From NCBI GenBank assembly GCA_050949565.1, contig JBMNFY010000017.1, positions 480,001-544,000 on the forward strand: 64,000 nt of DNA, read 5' to 3'. The translations under genes were made by a program, and so were the position numbers. The notes beneath the pieces were generated by a model. It did not search any database. It had not been told where the DNA came from and saw only the letters and a list, made by a program, of their open reading frames with translations. Source of the stretch: Kiritimatiellia bacterium. GTDB taxonomy: Bacteria > Verrucomicrobiota > Kiritimatiellia > RFP12 > UBA1067. Positions 9,548 to 18,388 of this stretch are shown one piece after another (position 1 is the first letter of the stretch; every line of letters begins with the position of its first letter).

Positions 9548-10819
9548 ATGAGGCGGATTATCGTTGGTGCGTGTGTCACAATTGCAGCGTGGATCGCGCT
9601 GGGTGCGGAAACGCCGAACTGGCCGCAATGGCGCGGTCCGGAGGGTACGGGAATCGCAGCGCCGGGAACGTATCCAGTGACATTTTCCGCTGCGGAGGGC
9701 GTGCTATGGAAATCTGCCCTGCCCGGCAAGGGCTGTTCGACGCCACTCGTCTGGGGTGAGTGCATCGTGCTGACCGCCGCTGCCGGCGAGGGGACCAACG
9801 GTCTTGACTGCGCCGTCTGCTTTGAGTGGACGACCGGCAAAAAGCTGTGGCAAACGGAACTGGGCCAGCAACGCCCCGGACGTCACCGTCGTGGCAGCGG
9901 CAGCAACCCGTCGCCAGTGACCGACGGAACGCGCGTCTATGTCTACTTCAAGAGCGGAACACTGGCCGCGCTCGACTTCAAGGGAACCCTGCTCTGGCAG
10001 ACCAACCTTCAGCAACGCTACGGCAAGGACTCGCTCTGGTGGGATCTCGGCACCAGTCCTGTTCTGGCGGGCGGCCTTCTGGTGGTGGCGGTCATGCAAG
10101 AGGGCAACTCCTATGTGGTGGCTGTGGATCCGGCGACCGGCAACGAGGTCTGGAAGAAAGCACGCGAATATCCGGGGCGCGAGGAAACACGCCAAAGCTA
10201 CACCACGCCCCTTGTGGTCCGAGCGGAGGGGCGCGACACAGTGGTGATCTGGGGAGCGGACCACCTGACAGGCAACGATGCGGCGACCGGCGACCTGCTG
10301 TGGCAGTGCGGCGGTTTCAATCCAGAGAACAAGTCGGTCTGGCGCGTGATCGCCTCACCTACGTTGGAGCGGGGTATCGCCGTCGTGCCGTACGGACGTG
10401 AGCAGTTCGTGGCGGGGGTCAGGATCGGCAGCAACGGCGACATCACCGCCACCGCGCGCCTGTGGGAAAAGCGCGGGATGGGCACGGACGGGGCTTCGCC
10501 GGTCGCGTTCAACGGCAAGACCTGTTTTGTCAATTTCAAGGGCAAGATGTGGTGCCTGGATCTGGAAACCGGCAACGAGCTATGGTCGACCATGCTGCCC
10601 AAAGGCAAGGGGGTCTTTTACAGCTCGCCGGTGTTGGCGGGCGACACGCTCTACCTGTGCCGCGAAGAGGGCGATGTCTATGTCTGCCGCGTCAAAGACG
10701 ACGGCCTTACCGTATTGAACCAGACGAAGTTTGACGATGTTTTCGTGGCATCGCCGGTATTGCTGAGAAATCGGTTGTTGCTGCGTGGCGAAAAGCATCT
10801 GTGGTGCATCGGCAAATAG
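9548..10819 (+). CDS. PQQ-like (BamB-type) beta-propeller protein
   Basis: Signal peptide, NWPQWRGP, SPVTDG, repeated D..TG...W motifs. Confidence 0.9.
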   Translation: MRRIIVGACVTIAAWIALGAETPNWPQWRGPEGTGIAAPGTYPVTFSAAEGVLWKSALPGKGCSTPLVWGECIVLTAAAGEGTNGLDCAVCFEWTTGKKLWQTELGQQRPGRHRRGSGSNPSPVTDGTRVYVYFKSGTLAALDFKGTLLWQTNLQQRYGKDSLWWDLGTSPVLAGGLLVVAVMQEGNSYVVAVDPATGNEVWKKAREYPGREETRQSYTTPLVVRAEGRDTVVIWGADHLTGNDAATGDLLWQCGGFNPENKSVWRVIASPTLERGIAVVPYGREQFVAGVRIGSNGDITATARLWEKRGMGTDGASPVAFNGKTCFVNFKGKMWCLDLETGNELWSTMLPKGKGVFYSSPVLAGDTLYLCREEGDVYVCRVKDDGLTVLNQTKFDDVFVASPVLLRNRLLLRGEKHLWCIGK

Positions 10820-10831
10820 GAGGACAACAAC

Positions 10832-11059
10832 ATGCAAAATGACGAACCCATTTGCGTTGCGACCTATCCAAGCGAGATTGAGGCGGAGACGGCCAGGATG
10901 AAACTTGGGATGGCGGGCATCGATGCCCTCATCGCTAAGGATGATTGCGGTGGGATGCGCCCCTATTTGCAAACGACAACTGGCGTACGTCTTATGGTTA
11001 GAACCAAAGATGCTGAAACCGCCGAAAGTCTTTTGGCTCAAGTAAATGATAATGGATGA
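10832..11059 (+). CDS. DUF2007 family small protein
   Basis: EIEAETARMKLGMAGIDA ... GVRLMV...DAETA; AGGAGG RBS. Confidence 0.8.
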   Translation: MQNDEPICVATYPSEIEAETARMKLGMAGIDALIAKDDCGGMRPYLQTTTGVRLMVRTKDAETAESLLAQVNDNG

Positions 11060-11186
11060 TCATGTCTAGCCATCGACGACACCCAACGTTGCTCCCGACT
11101 CTCTGCTCCCCTTTTCACCAGAAACGCATGATCCTCGCGTGCCCCCTGTCACTAACCGATTACAGGGTGAACCATAGGAGAAACAC

Positions 11187-11345
11187 ATGACTTTGGACGA
11201 CGCGCCGGTAACACGATCAATCTTCCATCCCCGGGGGGAGGACTATGGGTATGTCCCGCAAGGCATGCTGACAGAAACACAGTGCCAAGGCGCCACGGTG
11301 TGTGGCTACCCCAAAATGTATATCCAAGATGAAATTTCAAGGTGA
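11187..11345 (+). CDS. Possible 52-aa small ORF or fragment
   Basis: AGGAG RBS, then MTLDDAPVTRSIFHPRGEDY...EISR*; no recognisable family. Confidence 0.25.
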   Translation: MTLDDAPVTRSIFHPRGEDYGYVPQGMLTETQCQGATVCGYPKMYIQDEISR

Positions 11346-11410
11346 TGATTAATCGTCAATTGACTGCAACCGTCCGAGCGATTAGCATGGCCGTATCGTG
11401 TGGGCTCGGT

Positions 11411-11447
11411 CCGCCTTCGCGAGGTGGATTCAGTAACGCCGTTAGCC
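11411..11447 (+). other. attC right half (L'/R') preceding cassette 1
   Basis: GGATTCAGTAACGCC-GTTAGCC 15 bp before ATG 11463; complementary to the half-site at 13497. Confidence 0.55.
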
Positions 11448-11462
11448 ATCAGAGGAAATGAG

Positions 11463-12026
11463 ATGAAATCTTTTGTCCGGTATCTCTTGGTCGGCCTATT
11501 GTCATCTGTGTGCGGAGCTATTGTTGCACACAAAATCATATGGCAACAAATCCGGTCTCGAGTTGTTCCGTTTGACCGAACGCGCTACGACAACCTGTGT
11601 ATTGATCCGGCTTTTTTCGAACCCCAATTCAATTTTATTTTTCAAGGAACAAACCAAGTTTTCTGGACGCCTTCCCGGCAAGGGTCGAATGCGATCAAGC
11701 CGATCTACGATGATTTAGAGAAAGCTTTGAAACGCTGGGCCGGATACACAACAAACTTCCATTTTGTCGTATCCTTCAGTCCAGAGTTTTCAATTGCTCA
11801 GATCGAAAACATATCTCAGCTTTTTCGTGAAATAGGATTCCCCCCAATTCGGCACCTAATCGAGGACAACTGGGATGCAGAAAACAAAAGGAACCGCCGA
11901 TTTAGAGAGTTAAGAATCGGAAGGGAAGGCACGTTTTACTGGTACACCAAAGAATGGCATATCGATGAGGAGCAGAAAAAGGCCAGCCGCCCCCAGAGGA
12001 AGGTTAATCGTGAGACAAAACAATGA
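11463..12026 (+). CDS. Integron cassette 1, hypothetical membrane-anchored protein
   Basis: AT-rich ORF between GTTAGCC and an attC; GAGG RBS; N-terminal hydrophobic helix. Confidence 0.7.
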   Translation: MKSFVRYLLVGLLSSVCGAIVAHKIIWQQIRSRVVPFDRTRYDNLCIDPAFFEPQFNFIFQGTNQVFWTPSRQGSNAIKPIYDDLEKALKRWAGYTTNFHFVVSFSPEFSIAQIENISQLFREIGFPPIRHLIEDNWDAENKRNRRFRELRIGREGTFYWYTKEWHIDEEQKKASRPQRKVNRETKQ

Positions 12027-12030
12027 AGGT

Positions 12031-12101
12031 ACCTAACCCGGTGGCACAACTAACCGCCATTCGCCTTCGAATCCGGTGGCGGTTGGTTACCGACGTTATG
12101 C
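12031..12101 (+). other. attC recombination site
   Basis: ACCTAAC ... AACTAACCGCCA/TGGCGGTTGGTT stem ... GTTATGC; 71 bp between tandem ORFs. Confidence 0.8.
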
Positions 12102-12111
12102 GAGAAGAAGT

Positions 12112-12843
12112 ATGAAAACGATCTTCAGACAACTACTACTCTGTGCGATCGCTTGTCTCGGCAGCGGTTCTCGTGCTGATGATGACAAGGCGTTCAACAA
12201 CAACTTTGCCGAAGCCGAATCACGGCACTATTACAGGGAAAGAGATCGCTGGCCGACGAACCTTGCGGACTTGGCTTCGTTTTCGAAAGCAAGATACAAA
12301 AACAGCAACCTTTTCCCTCGGTTCTCCCCCGAAGACTATCGTACCGTCGGTTTCACAAATCTTGCTAACGGCGATCTTCAACTCACGCTAACGTCGCACT
12401 CAGGAAAATCGCAAGTCCGAGTCTGTAAAAGACCCCCGACCACGGCGACAGCGGTCATCCAGCAAGAGGGATATCTCATCGTTCAAGACGGCAGTTCTTT
12501 CTACTATTTCGATAAGGAGAACACCTTCTTTAGTGGTCCGTTAGACGGTTGGTGTGGACGGGCTATTCGGGGGAACTATCGGACAATAGCCCCCTGGTCA
12601 TTTACAGCAGAGGGCACAATGACTTATTTCAATCGTCCCTGTACGCCAACACGATACCGGATGAAAATGGAAGTCAACTCTGTGGAGCGGGACAGCGAAC
12701 CCTTTGATTTCAGAATATTGATCCCCTTCGTGGGATATCAGCAGAAAGGGCAACAACCATTCCCGACCAATCCAGTCGTTCATAAGGCGTACTTTGCCTT
12801 TGACAGTTTGATCCCCGTTGAGGAACAGGAGAAAGCACCCTAA
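12112..12843 (+). CDS. Integron cassette 2, secreted hypothetical protein
   Basis: Signal peptide MKTIFRQLLLCAIACL; stop TAA lies inside the CCCTAAC box of the next attC. Confidence 0.7.
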   Translation: MKTIFRQLLLCAIACLGSGSRADDDKAFNNNFAEAESRHYYRERDRWPTNLADLASFSKARYKNSNLFPRFSPEDYRTVGFTNLANGDLQLTLTSHSGKSQVRVCKRPPTTATAVIQQEGYLIVQDGSSFYYFDKENTFFSGPLDGWCGRAIRGNYRTIAPWSFTAEGTMTYFNRPCTPTRYRMKMEVNSVERDSEPFDFRILIPFVGYQQKGQQPFPTNPVVHKAYFAFDSLIPVEEQEKAP

Positions 12844-12893
12844 CAAAATGGCGGAATCGACGGAACACCGCCGTCTCACCGCTGATGTTCGAA
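12838..12893 (+). other. attC recombination site (short)
   Basis: CCCTAAC ... GCGG/CCGC and GACGG/CCGTC stems ... GTTCGAA. Confidence 0.7.
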
Positions 12894-12896
12894 ACA

Positions 12897-13409
12897 ATGA
12901 AAAAGATTGTGATAGTAGCCCTGTTTTGTACGGTAGGGAGCGCGGCATTCGCTACTTCCCAAGTTCCAGAGGTGCTGGTATACGGCGGCACCACCAATGA
13001 CCTCTACACAACCCCACTCGAATCACTCTTCCCGGCAGGCAGTCCAAAAGTGTTTATTAATAAGAGGCCGCCCTCTACAGCCTGTTGGCGCGGCTATGTC
13101 GGCACATGGAAGATTGAGAACGACGAACTGTACCTCGTTGCTCTTCGGGAGGGACATCCCCGAACCGGAGCCATTCCGCTCGACAAGGTCAACCCGCAGT
13201 GGAAATCGCCCGTCAAGGCGACCTGGTTCTCCGGGACTCTTCGCATTGGCAGGGGCAAGGTCCTCATGGGCGGCATGGGATTCAGCGAGAAACGGGAAAT
13301 CGACATCTTTCTGGAGATCAAGGAAGGCAAAGTCGTCTCGACTCGGCAGGTCGATCACACAAAAGAAAAAGGAACTGCCGAAACGGAAAGTGAATCCGTA
13401 CGCAAGTAA
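12897..13409 (+). CDS. Integron cassette 3, secreted conserved hypothetical protein (STACWRGY family)
   Basis: Signal peptide; TSQVPE..., PLE, STACWRGYVGTWKIENDELYL, ATWFSGTLRI. Confidence 0.75.
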   Translation: MKKIVIVALFCTVGSAAFATSQVPEVLVYGGTTNDLYTTPLESLFPAGSPKVFINKRPPSTACWRGYVGTWKIENDELYLVALREGHPRTGAIPLDKVNPQWKSPVKATWFSGTLRIGRGKVLMGGMGFSEKREIDIFLEIKEGKVVSTRQVDHTKEKGTAETESESVRK

Positions 13410-13496
13410 ACCGATCATACCGACATCCCATCGTCTTGGACGAACTTTGGGAAGAAACTCCTGTACCATTTGGAGTTTGGGCCGAGGTAAGGAGGG

Positions 13497-13530
13497 CCCC
13501 AACCACGGCCAGTTACTGAACCGGCCACAA
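13497..13530 (+). other. attC left half (R''/L''), truncated by a repeat element
   Basis: CCCCAAC-CACGGCC-AGTTACTGAACC, directly followed by the 13532 element. Confidence 0.5.
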
Positions 13531-13531
13531 C

Positions 13532-13686
13532 TAGCGTTGCTCCTCTTGATAACGCAGAGACGCGGAGACGCAGAGATTTTTACGGGATGACGTCGTGACC
13601 GCCGCCGGTCAAGCAGACGCTTGACCCTCCCGGCGCTTCGCAAGCCGGATCATAGATCGGGAGGGCGAGCGTCCGCGCGAGCCGCC
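13532..13686. repeat. Composite dispersed element, second copy
   Basis: Matches 4322-4450, including CGTGACCGCCGCCGGTCAAGCAGACGCTTGACCCTCCCGGCGCTTCGCAAGCCGGATC. Confidence 0.85.
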
Positions 13687-13816
13687 TTCCGCGCCACGCG
13701 CGGAGGGGCGGCGTCCCTTTGAAATTCGCCTATTTTACTTTGAGGCTTGACCATTCTCTCCCCCCTCTCACATAATCGGCACCGACCACGGGGAACTTAA
13801 CCGGAGAGGAGTCCAG

Positions 13817-15520
13817 ATGCGGAATCTCGTACGAAGCATGGGTGTGTTGTTTGTCTTGACGTTCTGTGCCCGCATGGCCTGCGGCGCGGAAGGCAGGGTG
13901 TTTCTCGATACAAACAGTAACGGCACGGCCGATGCCGCCGAGCCCGGGATCGCCGGGGTGGCGGTGAGTGACGGCGTGCAGGTTGTCGTTTCCGACGCAC
14001 AGGGCCGCTTCCGGCTGGACACGACCGATCCGGACGCCTGCATCTGGATCTCGGTCCCGCGCGACCACGCACCCTCCGGCGCGTTCTGGCGGCGTGTCGA
14101 AAGCGGAAAGCCGCTGGATTTCGGTTTGACGGCCAAGCCTCAAGATGAGGCGTTCACCTTCGTGCAGTTGACGGACACGCATGTCGGGCGCGCCGATCTG
14201 GTGATCGCCTTCGCCAAACAGCTCGCACGGCTGCCCCATCCTTTTGCCTTCGCCATCAACACCGGTGATCTGGTGGGAGGCGTGGACGTGGTGCCGCCCG
14301 AAAAGGCGCAGGAGCAGTATGATCGGTACCTCACGGCGGCTGCGGCCTTTGAGCTGCCGCTCTTCCATCTGCCGGGCAATCATGAGCATGTGGCTTTCAA
14401 CACGCCGAATCCCGACAAGTCACATCCCTTCTACGGCAAGGGACTCTACCGCCGCGTGTTTGGCCCGACCTACTATTCGTGGGCATGGGCCGGGGTGCAT
14501 TGCGTGGCTTTGGATGGTACGTCGCTGCCGTATCAGGAGCGGTTGGGCACCAACCAACTCGCCTGGCTGGCGGCGGACCTGAAATTGATCCCGACCGACC
14601 GGCCGCTCCTGCTCTTCTGCCATCAGTCGCTATCGACGCTGCGCGATGCCAAGCAGTTGACGGAGCTGCTGCAAGGCCGCCGCGTGCTGGGCGCATTCTG
14701 TGGCCATCTGCATCGGACATTCACCACGAGCTTGGGCGACATCCCAGTGTATCACAGCGGCGCGATGAGCGGCGCGTGGTGGAGCGGCCCGAACATCGAC
14801 GGCACGCCGCAGGGGTTCCGCGTCGTTCAAGTAAAAGGCAACTCGCTAAAGACGGCGTACTTCAGCCGCGAAGGTGATACGCCGATCTCACTTGTCTCGC
14901 CGCTGGCCACCAGCGTGCAGCAGGGCGAGATCACATTCGAGGCCGTCGTGCTGGACTTTGGCCGCGCGGTGGAGATGAGCGCCGTGTTTGACGAAAAGCC
15001 GGTGACACTGACGCAAACCGGGCGCGAAGAATTGTGGTCGCGCTGGTGCGGCACGCTGGACACGCGTCAGGCGTTTGACGGCGACCGCGTGCTGGCCTTC
15101 ACGGCGAAACAGGGCGAGGCGGTCAGTCGTTCTACGGTCCGCTACTTGGTGGAGAATGGACGCCCGCAGGCGTACCAAGCGACAGCACCGGCGACGCTCT
15201 CCTTGCAGGTGCGGGGCGTCGACGGTACGTGCCCGGTTCTCTTCAACGGCGAGCCGCTCGGCACGATCCCGGCCGGGACCACCAACGAATGTGTGCTCAC
15301 ATTTCCCATCGATCAGGCGCGGCTCGCCAAGCTGAACCGCGTCACGATCCGAGCGGGCAAGCAGGGACCCGGCGGCGACCGTTTCAGCGCGGGGCCGGTT
15401 TGGCTCTCTTACGGCGGCAAGAAGATGTATGACCTGAGGTACGCATCTTTTGAGCGGCACACCATCGCGGGGGATGAGCCCGCGCGCGTTGAAAAAGTGT
15501 TGTATTATTGCCTGCCCTGA
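13817..15520 (+). CDS. Secreted calcineurin-like metallophosphoesterase with N-terminal Ig-like domain
   Basis: TDTH, TGDL, GNHE, GHLH motifs; VFLD.N.NG..D..EPGIAGVAVSDG. Confidence 0.9.
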   Translation: MRNLVRSMGVLFVLTFCARMACGAEGRVFLDTNSNGTADAAEPGIAGVAVSDGVQVVVSDAQGRFRLDTTDPDACIWISVPRDHAPSGAFWRRVESGKPLDFGLTAKPQDEAFTFVQLTDTHVGRADLVIAFAKQLARLPHPFAFAINTGDLVGGVDVVPPEKAQEQYDRYLTAAAAFELPLFHLPGNHEHVAFNTPNPDKSHPFYGKGLYRRVFGPTYYSWAWAGVHCVALDGTSLPYQERLGTNQLAWLAADLKLIPTDRPLLLFCHQSLSTLRDAKQLTELLQGRRVLGAFCGHLHRTFTTSLGDIPVYHSGAMSGAWWSGPNIDGTPQGFRVVQVKGNSLKTAYFSREGDTPISLVSPLATSVQQGEITFEAVVLDFGRAVEMSAVFDEKPVTLTQTGREELWSRWCGTLDTRQAFDGDRVLAFTAKQGEAVSRSTVRYLVENGRPQAYQATAPATLSLQVRGVDGTCPVLFNGEPLGTIPAGTTNECVLTFPIDQARLAKLNRVTIRAGKQGPGGDRFSAGPVWLSYGGKKMYDLRYASFERHTIAGDEPARVEKVLYYCLP

Positions 15521-15614
15521 GCAGGCGCGGAATGGGCGGGGCGTATCTCCGGCCATCGTATGTGAGGGTGACAGAACGAGAACAGACCGACGCTTCAAGA
15601 AAGGAGAGTGAACC

Positions 15615-16961
15615 ATGGTTCGCAGGACGTTCATAAAGACGGCTGGGCTTTCGGCTGGCGCGTTTTGGGTGCGCCGGCCTACGCATGCGGCGCAATCGAG
15701 CGGTGCCGGATTGCCGGCGCTGCTGGGCGGCGAGAAAGCATACCGGGGGAAGTGGCCGACGTGGCCGCGCTGGATACCGGAACATGACGAACCCGGATTC
15801 CTCAAGTGCCTGCGCAGCGGCGTCTGGTCGCGCGCCGCCACGGTGACAGAATTTGAAAAGCGCTGGGCTGAGGCCGTGGGTGCCAAGCGCTGCTTGGCCG
15901 TGGTCAATGGAACGAACGCGCTGATCACGGCGCTGGCCCAACTCGGGATCGGTGCGGGCGATGAGGTCATTCTGCCGCCCTACACGTTTATCGCGACGGC
16001 GCAGGCGATCCTGATGAACGGCGCGATCCCGGTGTTTTGCGACATCGATCCCGCCACCTACCAAATCGACCCCCGCAGAATCGAGAGCAAGATCACGTCG
16101 CGGACCCGCGCGATCCTGCCGGTGCACATCTTGGGATTGCCCGCCGACATGGCCGCCATCACGGCCCTTGCCAAGAAACACGGCTTGTATGTGGTCGAAG
16201 ACGCCTGTCAGGCGTGGCTGGCCGAGGTCAACGGGAAGAAGTGCGGCACGCTGGGCAATGCCGGATGCTACAGTTTCCAGAACTCGAAGAACCTCGCGAT
16301 CGGTGAGGGCGGTGCGATTGTCAGTGACGACGACGCCTTTATGGACCGGTGTCACGCCTATCACAACTATGGCAACGCCTACGGCACGGCGGTCGGTGTG
16401 GTCGGAGCCGGCACAGCCATGCTGGGCACCAAGCTGCGCTACACCGAGTATCAGGCGGCGATGGGGCTGGCGCAACTCAAGCGCCTGCCGGCGGAGACCG
16501 CGTTGCGTCATGAGAACGCGGAGTATCTTAAAGCACGGCTCAGCAAGATTCCCGGGATCATCCCCTACCGCTTCTCTCCCGGCGTGACGCGTGCCGCCTT
16601 CCACCTCTTCCCGTTCAGGTTCGACAGCGAGGCGTTCGGCGGCGGACTCACGCGTTCGACCTTCTTGAAGGCGCTCGCCGCAGAAGGCGTCCCCTGTTCA
16701 TCGGGCTATACGCCGCTGAATAAGATGCCGTATGTCAAACACGCCTTTGAGACCAAGAACTTCCGGCGGATGTACACGGCGGAAGAGCTGGATTACGACG
16801 CATGGCTGGCGCGCAACCAGTGCCCTGAAAACGACCGGATTTGCCAAACGCTCGTCTGGCTGCCGCAGCATGTGCTACTGGCCGACCGCGCAGCGATGGA
16901 CCGCATCGCCGACGCCGTCGCGAAATTGCACGCCCACGCGGACAAGTTGGCGAAGGCCTGA
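15615..16961 (+). CDS. DegT/DnrJ/EryC1/StrS PLP aminotransferase with Tat signal
   Basis: VEDACQA, SFQNSKNLAIGEGG; N-terminal RRTFIK. Confidence 0.9.
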   Translation: MVRRTFIKTAGLSAGAFWVRRPTHAAQSSGAGLPALLGGEKAYRGKWPTWPRWIPEHDEPGFLKCLRSGVWSRAATVTEFEKRWAEAVGAKRCLAVVNGTNALITALAQLGIGAGDEVILPPYTFIATAQAILMNGAIPVFCDIDPATYQIDPRRIESKITSRTRAILPVHILGLPADMAAITALAKKHGLYVVEDACQAWLAEVNGKKCGTLGNAGCYSFQNSKNLAIGEGGAIVSDDDAFMDRCHAYHNYGNAYGTAVGVVGAGTAMLGTKLRYTEYQAAMGLAQLKRLPAETALRHENAEYLKARLSKIPGIIPYRFSPGVTRAAFHLFPFRFDSEAFGGGLTRSTFLKALAAEGVPCSSGYTPLNKMPYVKHAFETKNFRRMYTAEELDYDAWLARNQCPENDRICQTLVWLPQHVLLADRAAMDRIADAVAKLHAHADKLAKA

Positions 16962-17050
16962 GCGAATCTTCAAAGCGGCGGTCGGCAAACGCCCGGTTTT
17001 CTCCGGGACGACCGTCGCGCACCTCTAACCCTTGATACTGGGTAAACATC

Positions 17051-18388
17051 ATGTCTGATTCATTCGAGAGTTTTTCTATCCACGCGACAACGACATCACA
17101 CGCCGGCCGGGGCCTCGTTGCCCGCGTCTTTAACTCGGGCTTCAAAGAGGCGCATGACACCTACAACGGATTATCGATCGCCAGCGACGGCCGCGTGTAC
17201 TATGTGCTCTGCTCGACATCGATCGATTTCGGCGGTCGCGTTTTCCGCTACGATCCCCGCACCGATACCCTTGATTGCCTCGGCGATCTGACGGAGATGT
17301 GCGGCGAAAAAGACCGCCGGACAGTGCCGCAGGGCAAGAGCCACGTGCTCTTTTACGAATATCAAGGGAAGCTCTACTTCTCGACCCACGCCGGATATTA
17401 CAACATGGTAGACGGCATGGAGCGAATGGCAACCGAGGTCCCCCCCGGCTATCACCCCTACCCCGGCGGACATCTGCTGGCCTATGATCTGAAAAGCGGC
17501 CAGTGCGAAGACCTCGGTTTGGCACCGGATGGCGAGGCGGTGCTCGCCATGGGGATGGATACGCGGCGCGGCGCGATATACGGTATCACATGGCCGGTCG
17601 GGATTTTCTTTTGCTTTGACGTCGCCAGCGGAACATGGCGGAACTTAGGACCGGTTTCCGGTCAGGGAGAGAGCGGATCGGGTACCACTTACCGCGTGCT
17701 TTGCCGTTCCATCCCCATCGACCCCGAAACAGGCGTCGCGTACTTCACCAATCCGGAAGGCGATATCTTTTACTACGAGCCGGGGGCGGACAGAGTTGCC
17801 CGGCTTGTCGGCGAAGACATGCGCAAAGATTATTTCGGTCGGTACGTGCCGCACGACTCAGGCTGCATGGGCTATCATTGGCGTCAGGTGATCTGGCACC
17901 CGCAGGAAAAAGTCTTCTACGGCGTGCACGGCAACTCGGGGTACTTGTTCCGATTTGATCCGCGCCAACCGCGCATCGACGTGCTGGAGCGGTTGACCTC
18001 GGGTCCGTCCCGGCGTTCCGGCATGGGCGATCAATTCAGCTACGGCTATCTGGGGTTCACTCTGGGACCTGACGGGCGGACGCTGTACTACCTGACGGGC
18101 GGCCCCGTCTATGAACAGGGCCGACGGGTAGCGGGATTGAACAAGGTTGCAATGGGCATGGCCAAGGGCGTAGAGAACCTGCACCTGGTGACGTACGATA
18201 TTCCTGATGGCATTTACAAAGATCACGGCCCCGTCTTCTATCCAGACGGCGGGCACCCCACCTATGTGAACTCCATTGCCGTCGCGCCCGACCGTACGGT
18301 ATACACGCTGGCGCGCGTCACAGAGAACGGCCATACGCGCACCGACCTCGTTCAGATTGCACCACCCGAATTGAAGGGGACAGCATGA
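17051..18388 (+). CDS. Conserved hypothetical beta-propeller protein
   Basis: ASDGRVYY, PQGKSH, repeated YD..TG...DLG blades. Confidence 0.65.
   Translation: MSDSFESFSIHATTTSHAGRGLVARVFNSGFKEAHDTYNGLSIASDGRVYYVLCSTSIDFGGRVFRYDPRTDTLDCLGDLTEMCGEKDRRTVPQGKSHVLFYEYQGKLYFSTHAGYYNMVDGMERMATEVPPGYHPYPGGHLLAYDLKSGQCEDLGLAPDGEAVLAMGMDTRRGAIYGITWPVGIFFCFDVASGTWRNLGPVSGQGESGSGTTYRVLCRSIPIDPETGVAYFTNPEGDIFYYEPGADRVARLVGEDMRKDYFGRYVPHDSGCMGYHWRQVIWHPQEKVFYGVHGNSGYLFRFDPRQPRIDVLERLTSGPSRRSGMGDQFSYGYLGFTLGPDGRTLYYLTGGPVYEQGRRVAGLNKVAMGMAKGVENLHLVTYDIPDGIYKDHGPVFYPDGGHPTYVNSIAVAPDRTVYTLARVTENGHTRTDLVQIAPPELKGTA

Noticed and set aside
11060-11410. Integron integrase or attI upstream of the cassettes
   Set aside because: No tyrosine-recombinase ORF and no recognisable attI; only short unassigned ORFs
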